From contig OZ361257.1 of assembly GCA_977018835.1 (NCBI GenBank), forward strand, positions 3,968,001 to 4,032,000: DNA of 64,000 nucleotides, written 5' to 3'. Under the pieces are notes generated by a model that saw only the letters and a list, made by a program, of their open reading frames with translations, was not told where the DNA came from and made no database searches. This document shows, in pieces, positions 1 to 11,448 of this stretch; position 1 is the first letter of the stretch; each line of letters opens with the position of its first letter. Source of the DNA: Minutocellus sp. GHC0000111. Lineage: Eukaryota. The translations under genes and the position numbers were made by a program.

Positions 1-3000
1 TTCCACATATCGTCCACCGAGGAAGCCAATGATTTCAGACTCGGACAAGTGCGATTGCAAATCAGCAAGAAGCATAGCGTCTGGACAAACCTTGATCGAA
101 AAGGGCTGGACTTGATCAATCTGCAAATGAGACCGTTTGATTAGATCCGACAACGAGCGAGAATCACTTCTGGTTGGATCGGATGCCCCGGGCGGTGTTG
201 GCAGCGACGGTAGCGAGGACGTTGGAAACACCTCCCCGGAAAAGTCATCATCGTGGAGAAAACGCAGCTCAGGCCCGCCTTTATATGCCTCGCATGATAT
301 GAGTGTGTGAGGGTTGAGTTCACCTCTGGCTAGCTCGCCAAGAACGTTAGATAGACTGACGCTTGACCCTTGTCGTTCGCTACGCCGTTTCCGGGCAGAA
401 GTTGCGGGTGTGGCACGTTGCAGAACATTCATCGGTGTGGCAGTTGCCGTCTTGCTACTGCTGCCTTCTTCGGACCGTCTGACACCGTGGTCGACTCCGC
501 AGAGACAATATGCTCGGAGATGCGGGGGAACATACGCACTGGTTGCTGATGATGAATGGCGATTGTCCGCCATTGTTTCGGCCGGGCTGGTATAATTCGT
601 CGATAAAGACTGGTCGCCCACCATGGCCTCAACCAATTCCTTCAATGACTGGCAATCTCTTTCAGTAGTACTAGCACTTTGGAGCTGGTTGTGCTCTTTG
701 CTCCACCAGCTTAGGGCAGATGCGTCATTCTCATCGGCATACTTTCCTTCGTCCCATATCCATGAACGTCCAAGGACTGTACCTCCAGCATCTAAAGCAG
801 GGAGGCTCTCCAATCCAACTTTCCAGGGAGGTGCTCCATCTCCCACTTCATCAACAATATCAAGCCAGATTTGGCCTAGAGGAGCTTTTGGAAAAAACGC
901 CAAAGACGACACATCGACAGAGAATTTTTCCTGCCCTCTCTTGCGCTTCTTGTGTGATCGGCCAGTGGCCTTCTCTTCAGGTGCGACCCGTTGGCATGAG
1001 TTTATGTGGTATCGAAGGAAAGAATAGGAGTTCGACATGTCGTACTTCTCCTTCTCGTCATCGACGGCAGTATCTGGTTTGCTGACGACTTGTTCAGATG
1101 AAGCTTCCAAATCTTTCTCATCGGTCTCAAAGATATTGTTTGAATCACTCTTGCGTTCGTACTTGCATTTAGATGCAGCCCCCTTGCGCTTCCTCGTCCT
1201 CGATTTCTTGAGCTCGGGCTCATTTTGCTGCTCGTCTTGTGCCTGGGCTTCTTTTACCAGACAAATGGAACTGCCGGCATTATCGCCACTTGACTCTGAT
1301 CGCTTGCCCCCCCTATTGCGCACCATATCTCTTAACTTTTGGGTGATCCTACTTCTCAAATCCAACCCAGAAACGATATGCCACTGCTCGCCTTTTCTAT
1401 TATGATCCGTGTGAAATCGGCCCGGCGGATCACGGCTGTGAACTTGATCGATCAAATCTGCAACGATCTTACGCCTCGCTTGGGCGTCGCCGTCATGATA
1501 AGCCTGAGCTTTGCTCTTAGAAAACAAAGACTCATTTCCGGGGTGGCTCATTGCCACTTTGCTTCCACCACAAAGATAATCGTTTTCCATCGGGATTATA
1601 GCTTCAGGTTCCTTCTTCGTCTCGTCCTTCTTCTTCTCATTCGTCTTCTCTGCATTTGAACGTTCCTCTTCGGCCTCCTCAGTAGTTTTGCGCTTGTTGG
1701 TACGACGAGAGCGAGATGGCACGGCAATAGAAGATTCTTTCGTGTCCTCGACTTTGCTCTGATTGTCCACACGTTTAGGAGGAGAATCATCTACAGATGC
1801 CTCTACTAGGGAGGGTCCTGCCTTCGCCTCCGCCTGTGCTCGATTTCGTTTCCGAAGCTTCAATTTCGATCCCGGTTTGGGCGGTCTTACATTTGGTGCC
1901 GTCTTTGATGGAGTTTTCTCTCGGATCGCCTCATGGACACCGCTCGTTTTGACTTCCTTGGCCGATTGTTCCTTTGGGGTCTCTATCTGTTCTGGTAATT
2001 CTTGAGCCGAAGGAATTTTGTCTTCATCGGGCGATGGCTCGGCCGTTACGGATGCCGTACCCGCTGCTTTCTTGGAACTCGCGCCTTGGACACCTGGGGG
2101 CACTGCATTTCCCAACGACACTTTTACGGCTACTGAAGTTTCATAATCCACTTCCAAAGATATATCTTTGCTGCCAGCGCTACCTGTTTCCGTATCGCTT
2201 TTCTTGCGACCTTTGGGTCTTCTGCGATTCATCTTTTTCCGCCCCTTCTTTGTTGCAGCCTCTCGGTTCTTAGTGGACTCTTTTTGGTCCTTCTGCTGGC
2301 CCAACTCTCGGGCTTCGTTCGACGAATCTCTTTCGTTGGTCGGCATTCCTTCTGCACCCACTTCAGACATCGGTGCATTTGAATATTTTGTCGCCTTGAC
2401 CGCTATTTGAGCTTGTCTCTGTGCTATTTCTTCCTCCTTCTTTCTCAGTACCTGCTTCAGATGCTTTTTCTGGGCTTCCAACTCATCAAGGACTAGTTGA
2501 GATGGAGGAGGTACAGGCAAAGGTTGTTGATGGATTTGAGAAATATCAGTTGCAGCCGCCTCGGGCAATGGCTGAAGATGCTGCATAAGTGATGGATGGA
2601 TTCCCGCAATAGTTGTCTGCGCTTGTTGTTGATGGTTCTGGACCGGTGGAATGGCCGGCATCGGCGGTATTATGGGCACTGCTGTCTCAGTACTCGGCGG
2701 TATTGGTGGCATCGTCATAGTGGGATTCCCTTCCACCATGGTTGGGGGGATCGCACCTTGCGGCGCTACCAGACTCGTTTCTCGAACTCCAATTCCAACA
2801 GCAGCAACAGAAGGAGGCTGTATGGGACAGCCACTAGCATCCAAGACACCAGCACCAACCGCAGCGGGAGTGGGGTAGTAGTAATGCTGGATCTGAGTTT
2901 GGGCTGCCCGAGCCTGCTGCTGCTGAACCACCAAAGCCTGCTCTTCGATTGCCTGCTTCTTCCTCTCGATCTCTTGCTGCAATTCGTGCTTCTTGCGGTC

Positions 3001-3375
3001 CACCTGCCGCTTGGCCACTTCCATGGCCTGAGCGTGGGTCTGTTCACTCGTCATCGCTTGCATCTGCATCATGGTTGCCATATCCATATTTTGTGCTGCC
3101 GCAATAGCAGCTGCCGCATCGGCCGGTGTGAATACCGGTAAGGCGCCAGCAGCAGCAGCAGCGGCGGCGGTGGCGGCGACTGGATGAGGCGACACATTCC
3201 CTCCTACTGGAGCTACCCCTAGCTGCTGCTGCTGCTGCTGTGCCATCTGCGCCAAGAGAAGCTGAGCCAGCTGTTGTCCCTGCTGCTGCAAGTCTTCATT
3301 GCTGCTGCGCCTACTGCTCCCACGCCTCCCTCCGGCTCCGCCAGCACCAGGGTAGCCTAGCTGCTGGTCCGACAT
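1..3375 (-). CDS. Large MPN/JAMM-domain protein (MPND/MYSM1-like), 3' end outside window
   Basis: ATG at 3375 (MSDQQLGYPG..., Q-rich N-terminus) is in the same frame as the window edge. The last codons read QPFSIKVCPDAMLLADLQSHLSESEIIGFLGGRYVE, the start of an MPN domain. The frame is absent from the ORF track, consistent with no stop being reached. The middle was only spot-checked. Confidence 0.75.
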   Translation of the reverse strand, partial: MSDQQLGYPGAGGAGGRRGSSRRSSNEDLQQQGQQLAQLLLAQMAQQQQQQLGVAPVGGNVSPHPVAATAAAAAAAGALPVFTPADAAAAIAAAQNMDMATMMQMQAMTSEQTHAQAMEVAKRQVDRKKHELQQEIERKKQAIEEQALVVQQQQARAAQTQIQHYYYPTPAAVGAGVLDASGCPIQPPSVAAVGIGVRETSLVAPQGAIPPTMVEGNPTMTMPPIPPSTETAVPIIPPMPAIPPVQNHQQQAQTTIAGIHPSLMQHLQPLPEAAATDISQIHQQPLPVPPPSQLVLDELEAQKKHLKQVLRKKEEEIAQRQAQIAVKATKYSNAPMSEVGAEGMPTNERDSSNEARELGQQKDQKESTKNREAATKKGRKKMNRRRPKGRKKSDTETGSAGSKDISLEVDYETSVAVKVSLGNAVPPGVQGASSKKAAGTASVTAEPSPDEDKIPSAQELPEQIETPKEQSAKEVKTSGVHEAIREKTPSKTAPNVRPPKPGSKLKLRKRNRAQAEAKAGPSLVEASVDDSPPKRVDNQSKVEDTKESSIAVPSRSRRTNKRKTTEEAEEERSNAEKTNEKKKDETKKEPEAIIPMENDYLCGGSKVAMSHPGNESLFSKSKAQAYHDGDAQARRKIVADLIDQVHSRDPPGRFHTDHNRKGEQWHIVSGLDLRSRITQKLRDMVRNRGGKRSESSGDNAGSSICLVKEAQAQDEQQNEPELKKSRTRKRKGAASKCKYERKSDSNNIFETDEKDLEASSEQVVSKPDTAVDDEKEKYDMSNSYSFLRYHINSCQRVAPEEKATGRSHKKRKRGQEKFSVDVSSLAFFPKAPLGQIWLDIVDEVGDGAPPWKVGLESLPALDAGGTVLGRSWIWDEGKYADENDASALSWWSKEHNQLQSASTTERDCQSLKELVEAMVGDQSLSTNYTSPAETMADNRHSSSATSAYVPPHLRAYCLCGVDHGVRRSEEGSSSKTATATPMNVLQRATPATSARKRRSERQGSSVSLSNVLGELARGELNPHTLISCEAYKGGPELRFLHDDDFSGEVFPTSSLPSLPTPPGASDPTRSDSRSLSDLIKRSHLQIDQVQPFSIKVCPDAMLLADLQSHLSESEIIGFLGGRYVE

Positions 3376-4343
3376 GGTCTTGCTCCTTGCCCCGTTGCCG
3401 CGCCGCTCAAAGGTAGATCGATGCGCGCAGACCCACGCAGTTCAAATCGAAACTGTCGTCCCAAAATTGCAGCAAAGCGATGCACTCGTTGGTTGCACAA
3501 CGCTGCAACCAAACCCTTGCCTCGCAACCCTTGCTCCTTCACGAGGCAGTTGGTATCTTTTTTGCGATGGATGTGACCACGATGTGACAAAACGACCCAA
3601 TGGAAATCGATCCAACGATATGCCCGGATTCAGAGGCAAGAATACGCAAAGATTGATTCGGTGAGGCGATGATGAGTGCGGGCGATGAGTGCGGGAAACT
3701 GAATCTTTGTCAAGAAGGAAGTTGTAATGGAGAGTTTGAATTTATTCTTATCCATCCACGACGGGCACTCACCGCACTGTTGTTCTCGATAAGTGTGATG
3801 TGCGAGCGCGTGCAAGAAAATGAGATTGCCGCTGCTGTTCCGCAACAGCGACTATTATTCGCAATGTTTCGGCCTCGGGGCGATTCGAGCGGCCGCCAGC
3901 TTGGCTAAGTCAATAATTGGACACGGACTATGATTACCTCCGTATCTTGCACGCCCGAGCGAACACGAAAAACCAACACATGATGTGCTGGAATTTGCAT
4001 GTTGTGGGAGACGGCCAGACGGTTTAGAGAGAAAAACCCGGAGGAATCTCTCTCTGCCACCCATCTCTTGGCTGAACCCGCGAACCCGCCACAAAAACCG
4101 TGAGCGAGGTGAACCAAAGAGAGTCAATCAAAGCAAAGCAATCCGCATTACCGTTGCTTAGTCACCTCATCCGTTTGGTATCTGCGCTTCTAAAGCAATC
4201 GATTAGAATTAATCAGCGGCAAGATACGATTTTCACTTTTCGAGCAAGTCACATCTCAAAAGTAGCCCCCTCCCCAAAAAAGGACAATTCAATTCCACCC
4301 TCCCTCGACTGATACAACAAAATAGATTGATAGATAGTGAGCC

Positions 4344-4714
4344 ATGCCCCGTCCCAAGTCAAACCTTTCCCAGACCGTGTTTGTGCGGTACAGCCCTCCC
4401 AATCCGGCGGTCACGCACACTCTGCTGACCGAAACGTTTTCGGAATACGGCCCAGTCAAAAAGTGCTCGGTCATTCGCGATCAGAAGCACGACGACGGCA
4501 CCGACCACGGTGGCAAGTCAGCCACGGCCGAAGACGACGCCAAGCGCACGCGCGGATATGGCTTCGTCCGCTTCGCCTCGCCGGAAGATGCGCTGGAGGC
4601 CGTCCAGAAGCTGAACGGGACGTACCTGCACGTTGGCGAGTACGGCGATCGGGTCAAGCTGCACGTGGAACGGGCCAGCGATGCCACGGCGCCCGGTGGA
4701 CGGGATGCCAAGAA

Positions 4715-4754
<40 letters not shown>

Positions 4755-7085
4755 GATAATGAGGCTGCACAAGGTAATACTGGTGCTGCCGATGCGGATG
4801 GCGATGGGGAACAGGATCAGCAGCAATTTCAGGTGGACGAGGCCATGGCCCGTCGGAAGCGCACCGCTCGTATCATCCTGCGCAACCTGGCCTTCTCGGC
4901 CAAGGCATCGCACATCCGCTCAACTATGGAATCCACCTTTGGCAAGGAAGCCATTGTCGACATCCATCTGCCCTTGGTTCCTGGATCCAATAACGACAAG
5001 AATGGAAAGGGAAAGGGCAAGGGCAGAGGTGGGCCCATGCATCGTGGATTTGCCTTTGTGACCTTTGACAACTCCGTCCAGGCCCAAAAGGCCGTGGAGA
5101 TGGGCAGCCTCGTCATCAAGGGACGGGAGGTGGCCATGGATTACAGTGTGAGCAAGTTCCAGCATAAGCGGATGGCCGAAGAGCCTGTTGAAGAGGAAGA
5201 AGATGAAGATGAAGACGAAGACGAGGAGGAGGAGGAAGAGGAAGAAACCGAGGACAAGAACGAGGAAGGGGAAGCAGAAAAGAGCAATGGTGAGGATAAT
5301 AGTGATAGTGATAGTGACGACGATTCTTCCAGCGACGACGATTATGATTCGAATGACGACGACGATGAAGAATCAGTCGATGATGACAACGAAGACGATG
5401 GTATTCCCAAGGAGCAGCACCGTCCCAAACCCGTCAACGATCCCCGTCGCACTCTCTTCGTTCGCAACGTCCCTTTCGATGCCACCCGCACCGATTTGTT
5501 TGAGATCTTCCGTCACCACGGTCGCATTGAGTCCATCTACCTCGTCAAGGATCGGGATACCGGTGTTGGGAAGGGCACGGCTTTTGTTCGATATGAAACA
5601 GAAGCCTCGTCCAAGCGTGCCCTGGAAGCGGCTGGATCATCGTCGACGGGTGGGCCGTTCGTGTCCCGGGCGTCCGACGGTGGCGACAATTCTGCCAACC
5701 TCGCCGGTGGACAGGGCCTGTATCTGTCCGGCCGCCGGCTGCTTGTCGATCCTGCCGTCGATCGCGATACCGCCTCCTCTCTCAAGGTGGAACGTGACGA
5801 AGATGGCAAGCCCCTCGAACGCAAGGTGGGCAAGGACAAGCGCAACCTCTACCTATCCACCGAGGGACGAGTTGCCAGCGGCCCGGACGGTGAGCCCGGT
5901 CCTTGGGAGGAGCTACCGGAATCTGACCGCCAGAAGCGTGGTAGAGCGCATCAAGAAAAGTCGTCCAAGCTTCGCAGTCCTCTGTTTTTTGTCAATCCTG
6001 TGCGACTATCCCTCCGAAATCTGGCCAAGCATGTGGACGAGGCTGCCCTGAAGAAACTGGCCGTCGAAGGTATCCGAGCTGGACTAGAAGCCGACCTCGT
6101 ATCCAAGGAGGATGTACTGGCTCACTGGCGTGCCTCGGGCGAAATGACTGCAAGAGATATTGTTCAGAAGATCAGTAAGCTAGAGGAAGCTGGAGAGTCC
6201 ATCGTCCCGCCCTATGACGAGGCCGCAGGTATCCGCCGACACATCCCTTCGGTATACATTGATCGCGATTTTGCCGGTATCGATGGTGGAAAGAATGCCC
6301 TTGCTCCAAGTAGAGGATTTGGTTTTGTCGAGTTTACCCATCACGCTCACGCTCTTGCTTGCCTTCGCGAGCTCAACAACAATCCCGCCTATTCGGCGGA
6401 GTATGCCACCGGCGGTAAGAAGGCCGTCGAGATGAAGAAGAGGCAGCGCAAGGGTAAAAAGGGCAAGAAGGGTATGAGATTTGATGATGACGCCGAGGGC
6501 GGAAACGCTGCGGATTTCGTCGGAGATGATGGTCGCGTGCGCATTCCTCGTCTGATTGTGGAGTTTACAGTTGAGAACAAGGCCAAGGCAAAGAAGCAGG
6601 CCGACCATCGTGCCCATCAGCTTGCAAATGCCGAGAAGCAAAAAGCCGCTAGCCGTGCCGCAAAGAAAGAACGGGCCGATGAGGATGATTCGGGGGATAA
6701 GTCCAAAAGCAAGAAAAAGAAGAAGGGACGCGGTGCTCTCCAGCGAGAAAAGAAACGTCGCCAACGAGAGGAGGGCGCCGAAACCACACCTTCTGAGGAC
6801 GCAGATACTAAGAAGTCCAAGAAGGCAAGGAAGGTATCTCATGATGATGCCTACGTCGAAGCTCAGACAAAGCCCAAGGTCAAGGGTGTCAAGCCCCCCA
6901 AGAAGCGCAAGATCGACAAGGAAGAAAAAGCTTTTGAGAACATGGTCCGATCATATAAGCAGGCATTTGCCGGCGGTGCCGATGATGTCACAAAGGGCAA
7001 GAAAAAGCGCAAGAACAGCAGTGCTGAGAACGATACTCCTGCGAATCCTCGTGCTGAAGTAACAAAGAAGAGATGGTTTGATTAA
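4344..7085 (+). CDS. RBM28: Multi-RRM nucleolar protein, RBM28/Nop4 family
   Basis: 913-aa ORF with four RRMs (RGYGFVRF, RGFAFVTF, KGTAFVRY, RGFGFVEF), an acidic linker, the DKRNLYL and RLSLRNL motifs, and C-terminal KKRWFD. Confidence 0.9.
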
Positions 7086-7158
7086 AACAAAATATATCTA
7101 ATATAACTTAACTTACATGCATATGGAGTTCTAACATCGACCGAGAAACGGCATGTCA

Positions 7159-9456
7159 TCATACAAGCTCAAATTGTTTCTGAGGTCGAAGCGCTTCTTG
7201 CGATGTGCGAGATGCAAACGGATTATTGCCGCTTCTAAGGGCCATGAGGAGATTTGCTATTCGTTGACGACGTTTCTTTTTCTTTCGTCGTCGGGGTTGG
7301 ATTAGAGTCTCGGGGAAGTGAAACATACACACAAAAGCTTGCACAAGAGAGATGAGGCCAAGAACATTCAAAGCAATGTCTACACCAAAATCTTCCGCGA
7401 GAACTGCGCCGATCGCACAACTGAAAGTGCAGCCAAGACACATGAAGGCAGAGACGATTCCGAGTAAGAAGGAGAACCTTCCAGTTCCTCTACTCAAGTC
7501 GTTGGTTATCAGAACATAGAGTGTCCCAAAGATTCCAGCACCAATTGCATCAAATAGCTGGGTCGAAAGGATCAAAACTTTACAGATATGCCTACCGAGA
7601 GCAGACGCTACTCTGTCTTCCTCGGTCGTGAGAGTCGACAGGATGAAACATCGCACGGGGAGCGAAAAGAGACAGATTAAAAATAGCTTCTTCCTCCCCC
7701 AGTATGGTGAGTAGTCTCCAACTAGTTTTGACATGATCATCATGATGCTCTGAGCAAGTAGAATGCAAAGCCCGGATAAGAGCACACTGCTTTGAGCATC
7801 GTAGAGCTGAACCTGTCTCATTACCAAGGGAAGAACAGCGCTGTTGCTCAAATGAAAACCAAATACGATGCCACAAAACATCAACACGTCTCTGCTGAAG
7901 ATTGCAACTATTGGATTGATGGCTTCCCTGATGGCTTCACTTGCTTCGAAAATATGTTCAGAAGCTGTGGCGTGAAAGCCTAACGCTGGCGTCTGACTCA
8001 CACCCAGGGTCGTATTGTCGACATCTTGTGTGCCATCCCTCTGTCGTTTTGACAAATTGTATGCTTGCGGCGTTTCGTCCCAGTCAATCTCTGACTCTAT
8101 TGAACGGCGACGAGGTTCATGGTATGACTTCGGCCCAAAGTCGAACGCAGAGCTTGTGACGGGAGTTTCCATATCCTCTATTGAGCGGCGATGAGGTTCA
8201 TTATTGGATGTTCTTGGTCCAAAGTCGAAGGCAGAGCTTGTGACGGGAGTTTCCATTTCTTCTGTCGATGGTGGAACGTACTCACTAGGGCTTGTGTTTG
8301 GGGTCCTGAAGCTACCACCGAGAGTGATGCAATCGCCAACACTGCTGGTTCCGTTGTAAGCCATTTCCAAATTGTTGGCCTCTGCCATCCTCTTCTCCTG
8401 GAGGGCCTTCCAAAGAGCCTCGCCAGTAGCGTCGGCTAGCGCATACTCGTCCATAGTGCTGGAATGCTCGATGAGGGAACGAGCGGCGTCGGTATCAATT
8501 TGTTCCGGTTTGATCCTTCGAACGTAGTAGACGAGGCCCACACAAAATAGCGGACTAACTACAAACAAAGGTCCAACCGATGGATATAAAAAGTACGCCA
8601 GCAAACTTCCCAGGCCAACGTTGATGGCACTCCCGATATGCCGCATCATGGTATTTCGGGCAACCTGCCTCGTGAAGCCGGGAGCGCCGACAATTCCAAG
8701 AGTGATGGAGTTGAGTCCTGGAGGCTGAATCGCTGTACATGCACCCTGCAGCACCTTGAGGATGAATTGGGTCTTCATGCTGCGGTTGCCGGCCAATATG
8801 GCGGTAAGCACGGTGATGATACTGCACATGGTTCCGGCGGCAACTACTAAATGCAGCTTCTGCGAACCACTCAATTTATCCATAATGAAACCCCCCGGAG
8901 CCATGAAGACAACCTGCGATATGCCAAACGCAAACAATAGAGCACCAATTTCCTTCTGGGTGAAGTGCTGAGACATTAGCAAAACGCTCTGCATGTTGAT
9001 CATGGCAAGCCCGTCCCGGATGTCACCCATGCAAAAGGCAATCTTGGGCAGGATGGGACGGGCATCGTTGACGGTCCCAAACGGATGATGGTCCTGGTTG
9101 CGCATCTCGGTCCAGGCCGTTTCCAGCGTGTGGACGCTCTGATCGTCGAAGCTGGCGTTCTCCCATCCCCGCATGGACTGCGGCGTCATGCTGGCCAGGG
9201 AGGCAATGTCGTCGTTTTCATCGTTATCATTATCGGCGTACAAATCATGGTCATCGGTATCGACGTGCAACGACGGAGATGGGTTGGGCGGTATCGTGTG
9301 AACATCGTCATTGGCCGTCGCTGGCGTTTTGTGCTTTGCCCGGCCGGGAGTGCGATTTTCCCGCGGCGCCGTCCGTTGGCGCGACATGATATCGGCACCA
9401 ACGCCGGGACGTGGCCGCTGCGGGGTGCCTGGTTGTGGTTGTTCTGGTTCGGTCAT
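7159..9456 (-). CDS. Major facilitator superfamily transporter
   Basis: Two bundles of hydrophobic helices separated by a long loop, with motifs WGRKKLF and GTGRFSFLLG. The ORF is open to 9843; the likely start is MTEPEQ at 9456. Confidence 0.8.
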   Translation of the reverse strand: MTEPEQPQPGTPQRPRPGVGADIMSRQRTAPRENRTPGRAKHKTPATANDDVHTIPPNPSPSLHVDTDDHDLYADNDNDENDDIASLASMTPQSMRGWENASFDDQSVHTLETAWTEMRNQDHHPFGTVNDARPILPKIAFCMGDIRDGLAMINMQSVLLMSQHFTQKEIGALLFAFGISQVVFMAPGGFIMDKLSGSQKLHLVVAAGTMCSIITVLTAILAGNRSMKTQFILKVLQGACTAIQPPGLNSITLGIVGAPGFTRQVARNTMMRHIGSAINVGLGSLLAYFLYPSVGPLFVVSPLFCVGLVYYVRRIKPEQIDTDAARSLIEHSSTMDEYALADATGEALWKALQEKRMAEANNLEMAYNGTSSVGDCITLGGSFRTPNTSPSEYVPPSTEEMETPVTSSAFDFGPRTSNNEPHRRSIEDMETPVTSSAFDFGPKSYHEPRRRSIESEIDWDETPQAYNLSKRQRDGTQDVDNTTLGVSQTPALGFHATASEHIFEASEAIREAINPIVAIFSRDVLMFCGIVFGFHLSNSAVLPLVMRQVQLYDAQSSVLLSGLCILLAQSIMMIMSKLVGDYSPYWGRKKLFLICLFSLPVRCFILSTLTTEEDRVASALGRHICKVLILSTQLFDAIGAGIFGTLYVLITNDLSRGTGRFSFLLGIVSAFMCLGCTFSCAIGAVLAEDFGVDIALNVLGLISLVQAFVCMFHFPETLIQPRRRKKKKRRQRIANLLMALRSGNNPFASRTSQEALRPQKQFELV
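8098..8257 (-). repeat. Tandem duplication (~80-85 bp) in the MFS central loop
   Basis: METPVTSSAFDFGP...EP[HR]RRSIE is encoded twice, and GCAGAGCTTGTGACGGGAGTTTCCAT is identical in both copies. Confidence 0.9.
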
Positions 9457-9979
9457 TGTTGTTCTTTTGTATGTTCTCTGTCGGTCTCGAATGTTTCGTG
9501 TGCGGTTTCCTTCGTTTGTGGGATTGGGGTGCTTATCTGCTACTATCGCTTCTCGTGCTGGAAAAATGGCATGTTTATTCTTCTGGGCGCTGATCAGTAA
9601 ATGGAATGATTTGGAGTTGTTATGCGTGGTCTCTTTGTATTGACTATCGGCGTATCTTCTTACCGAACCTGTCCAAACACATCTTGTGAGAGCGCGTTGC
9701 TTTGAACTCAGGTGTGATGGATGGCGGCCAGACGTTTTCAAGAACTCCCCCTTTCCATGCGGCCTCGCAAAGAAATTCTCATGATCATTCGGCGGCGTAT
9801 CTTCTTGCTCCGGCTCCAACGTCGCGTTGACCAATCTGCCCATCGTTGAATTCTGTGTGGGATCCTAAGGCGGGTATAAGTTGTTTTCGTCAAGGTTTTT
9901 GGGCTTTCTGGCTTGGCCAAAATTTCGGACAGATACCGGCATTTGAGGAGCTGGCACAAGGCACAAGGCGTCCCGCTTT

Positions 9980-11276
9980 ATGGGGAAGAAGAGCAAGCGT
10001 AAGGCGGCCAAGGCCACTGCTGCCACTGGCGCCCATGGTGCCAATGGCCAGCCCATCCTTGGTCCTCTGGTCGATGGGGTTCTTTGCACCAATGTCGACC
10101 CAAAACTTTGTGCAATCTGCTCGGTCGTCGTGCCCAAGGGAACACCTCTCGACAACGTCTGTTGCGGCACAATGACATGCACGGGTTGCAGTGATAGGGT
10201 CAGAGGCAAGTGCTGTTTCTGCCATGTAAGAATCAAGAGTGCACATATTGTTGCCTCCCTAGCAAAGAAAAGAGTGAAAGAAGGATTCCCTTGGGCTTAT
10301 CATTCCTTGGCCGAGCTCTATCGTCGGGGATTTCCCCCCTGGTTTCCTCAATCTGATGGCATGGCGTTTCGCCTGTATGAGAAGGCGGCTGCGAAAGACC
10401 ATCCCGTTTCATGCTGTGAGCTCGCAGCATTTTACAAGCATGGCGTAGGTTGCAAGAAGAATCTCGAGAAAGCTCGAATCATGTTCGAGAAGGCCATGCA
10501 TCTACACGCTGAAGAATATGTCAAAATACTACCCCCATCGTTTTGTTCGGGCACAGCCTTGCATTCTCTCTGATAGATTATGGAGAAACTGGAAAGGGCC
10601 TCTCTGTTTTGCTGCCGTTGGCAGAGAGAGGGAATGCACATGCGCAATCTTCGATGAGCAGTCTTTGTGGCCACGTCGGTGATATGGAAGGACGAATGCG
10701 CTGGACTATCAAATGCTCAGAGAGCTGCTCCGAGGACCCTGGTGGCTGCTTTCCTGCCCTTGATAGCGCCATGAGGCTTCGCGATTACTGCCTTTCTCGG
10801 CACTGGTACGCTGTCGCATCAAAGATCAAACAAGATGCTATGGAAGACTACGAAGCTGTGCTCGTAAAGGATGCACACGATGTACAGTCCGTTCTCACCT
10901 ATAAGCAATTGGTAATTGCTTAGGTGAGGGCTGAGATTCTGAGCATATTGCTTATTCTAAGAGCTAATTGGTACCTCATTCGCATGTTATTCCTTATTCC
11001 AAAATAAGCAATTTGAGACCTCGGGCCCGAGTCTCAATTGCTTATAGGTGAGAACGGACTGTACTTTGCGATATTCGCCGGGAATGTGCGTGGTGCCAAT
11101 GTACTCTCGACCGATCCATCCGTAAGATGTGCAAAGGGTGCAAGGCGCATTGCTACTGCAGCAAGGATTGCCAGAAGGCTCATTGGAACGCTGAGGAGAA
11201 TGATCACAGGAGTGAGTGCAAGAATGCAATGGTTGTCAAGAAGAAGATTGCTGTGAAGCAAGAGGGCCCTCGCTAG
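9980..11276 (+). pseudogene. Cys-rich/Sel1-repeat/C-terminal MYND zinc-finger gene, disrupted
   Basis: MGKKSKR start and Sel1 repeats. Frameshift at ~10510-10545 and a MITE insertion at 10885-11061. After removing the MITE the frame continues ...DAHDVLCDIRRECAWCQC...CKGCKAHCYCSKDCQKAHW...GPR* (TAG 11274-11276). Confidence 0.85.
10885..11061. mobile_element. 177-bp MITE, Tc1/mariner/pogo-type (TA target-site duplication)
   Basis: Perfect 27-bp TIRs CAGTCCGTTCTCACCTATAAGCAATTG, with TA at 10883-10884 and 11062-11063. Removing the element plus one TA restores the host reading frame. Confidence 0.95.
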
Positions 11277-11448
11277 TTTTAGAGTTTTATGTGAAGAGAA
11301 AGACATTATTTAGATTGGGAACGCATACATAGACTACGCAGAGCTCTTGTTGATCGATAACTAATCTAATAAAATATATCGGTATGAAATCTACTTTTGT
11401 TAAGAGACGAACGAGCCTACTGAAAACTTTGTAGAGTCTTTTTAGATC

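Noticed and set aside
4718..4748. (AGC)n microsatellite, and (CTG)n near 3222-3241
   Set aside because: Ordinary poly-Ser and poly-Gln coding tracts.
10882..11052. MITE acting as an introner (spliced out)
   Set aside because: The candidate GT donors (10882, 10912) with AG acceptors (11047, 11052) leave 13, 8, 43 or 38 extra nt. None restores the frame.
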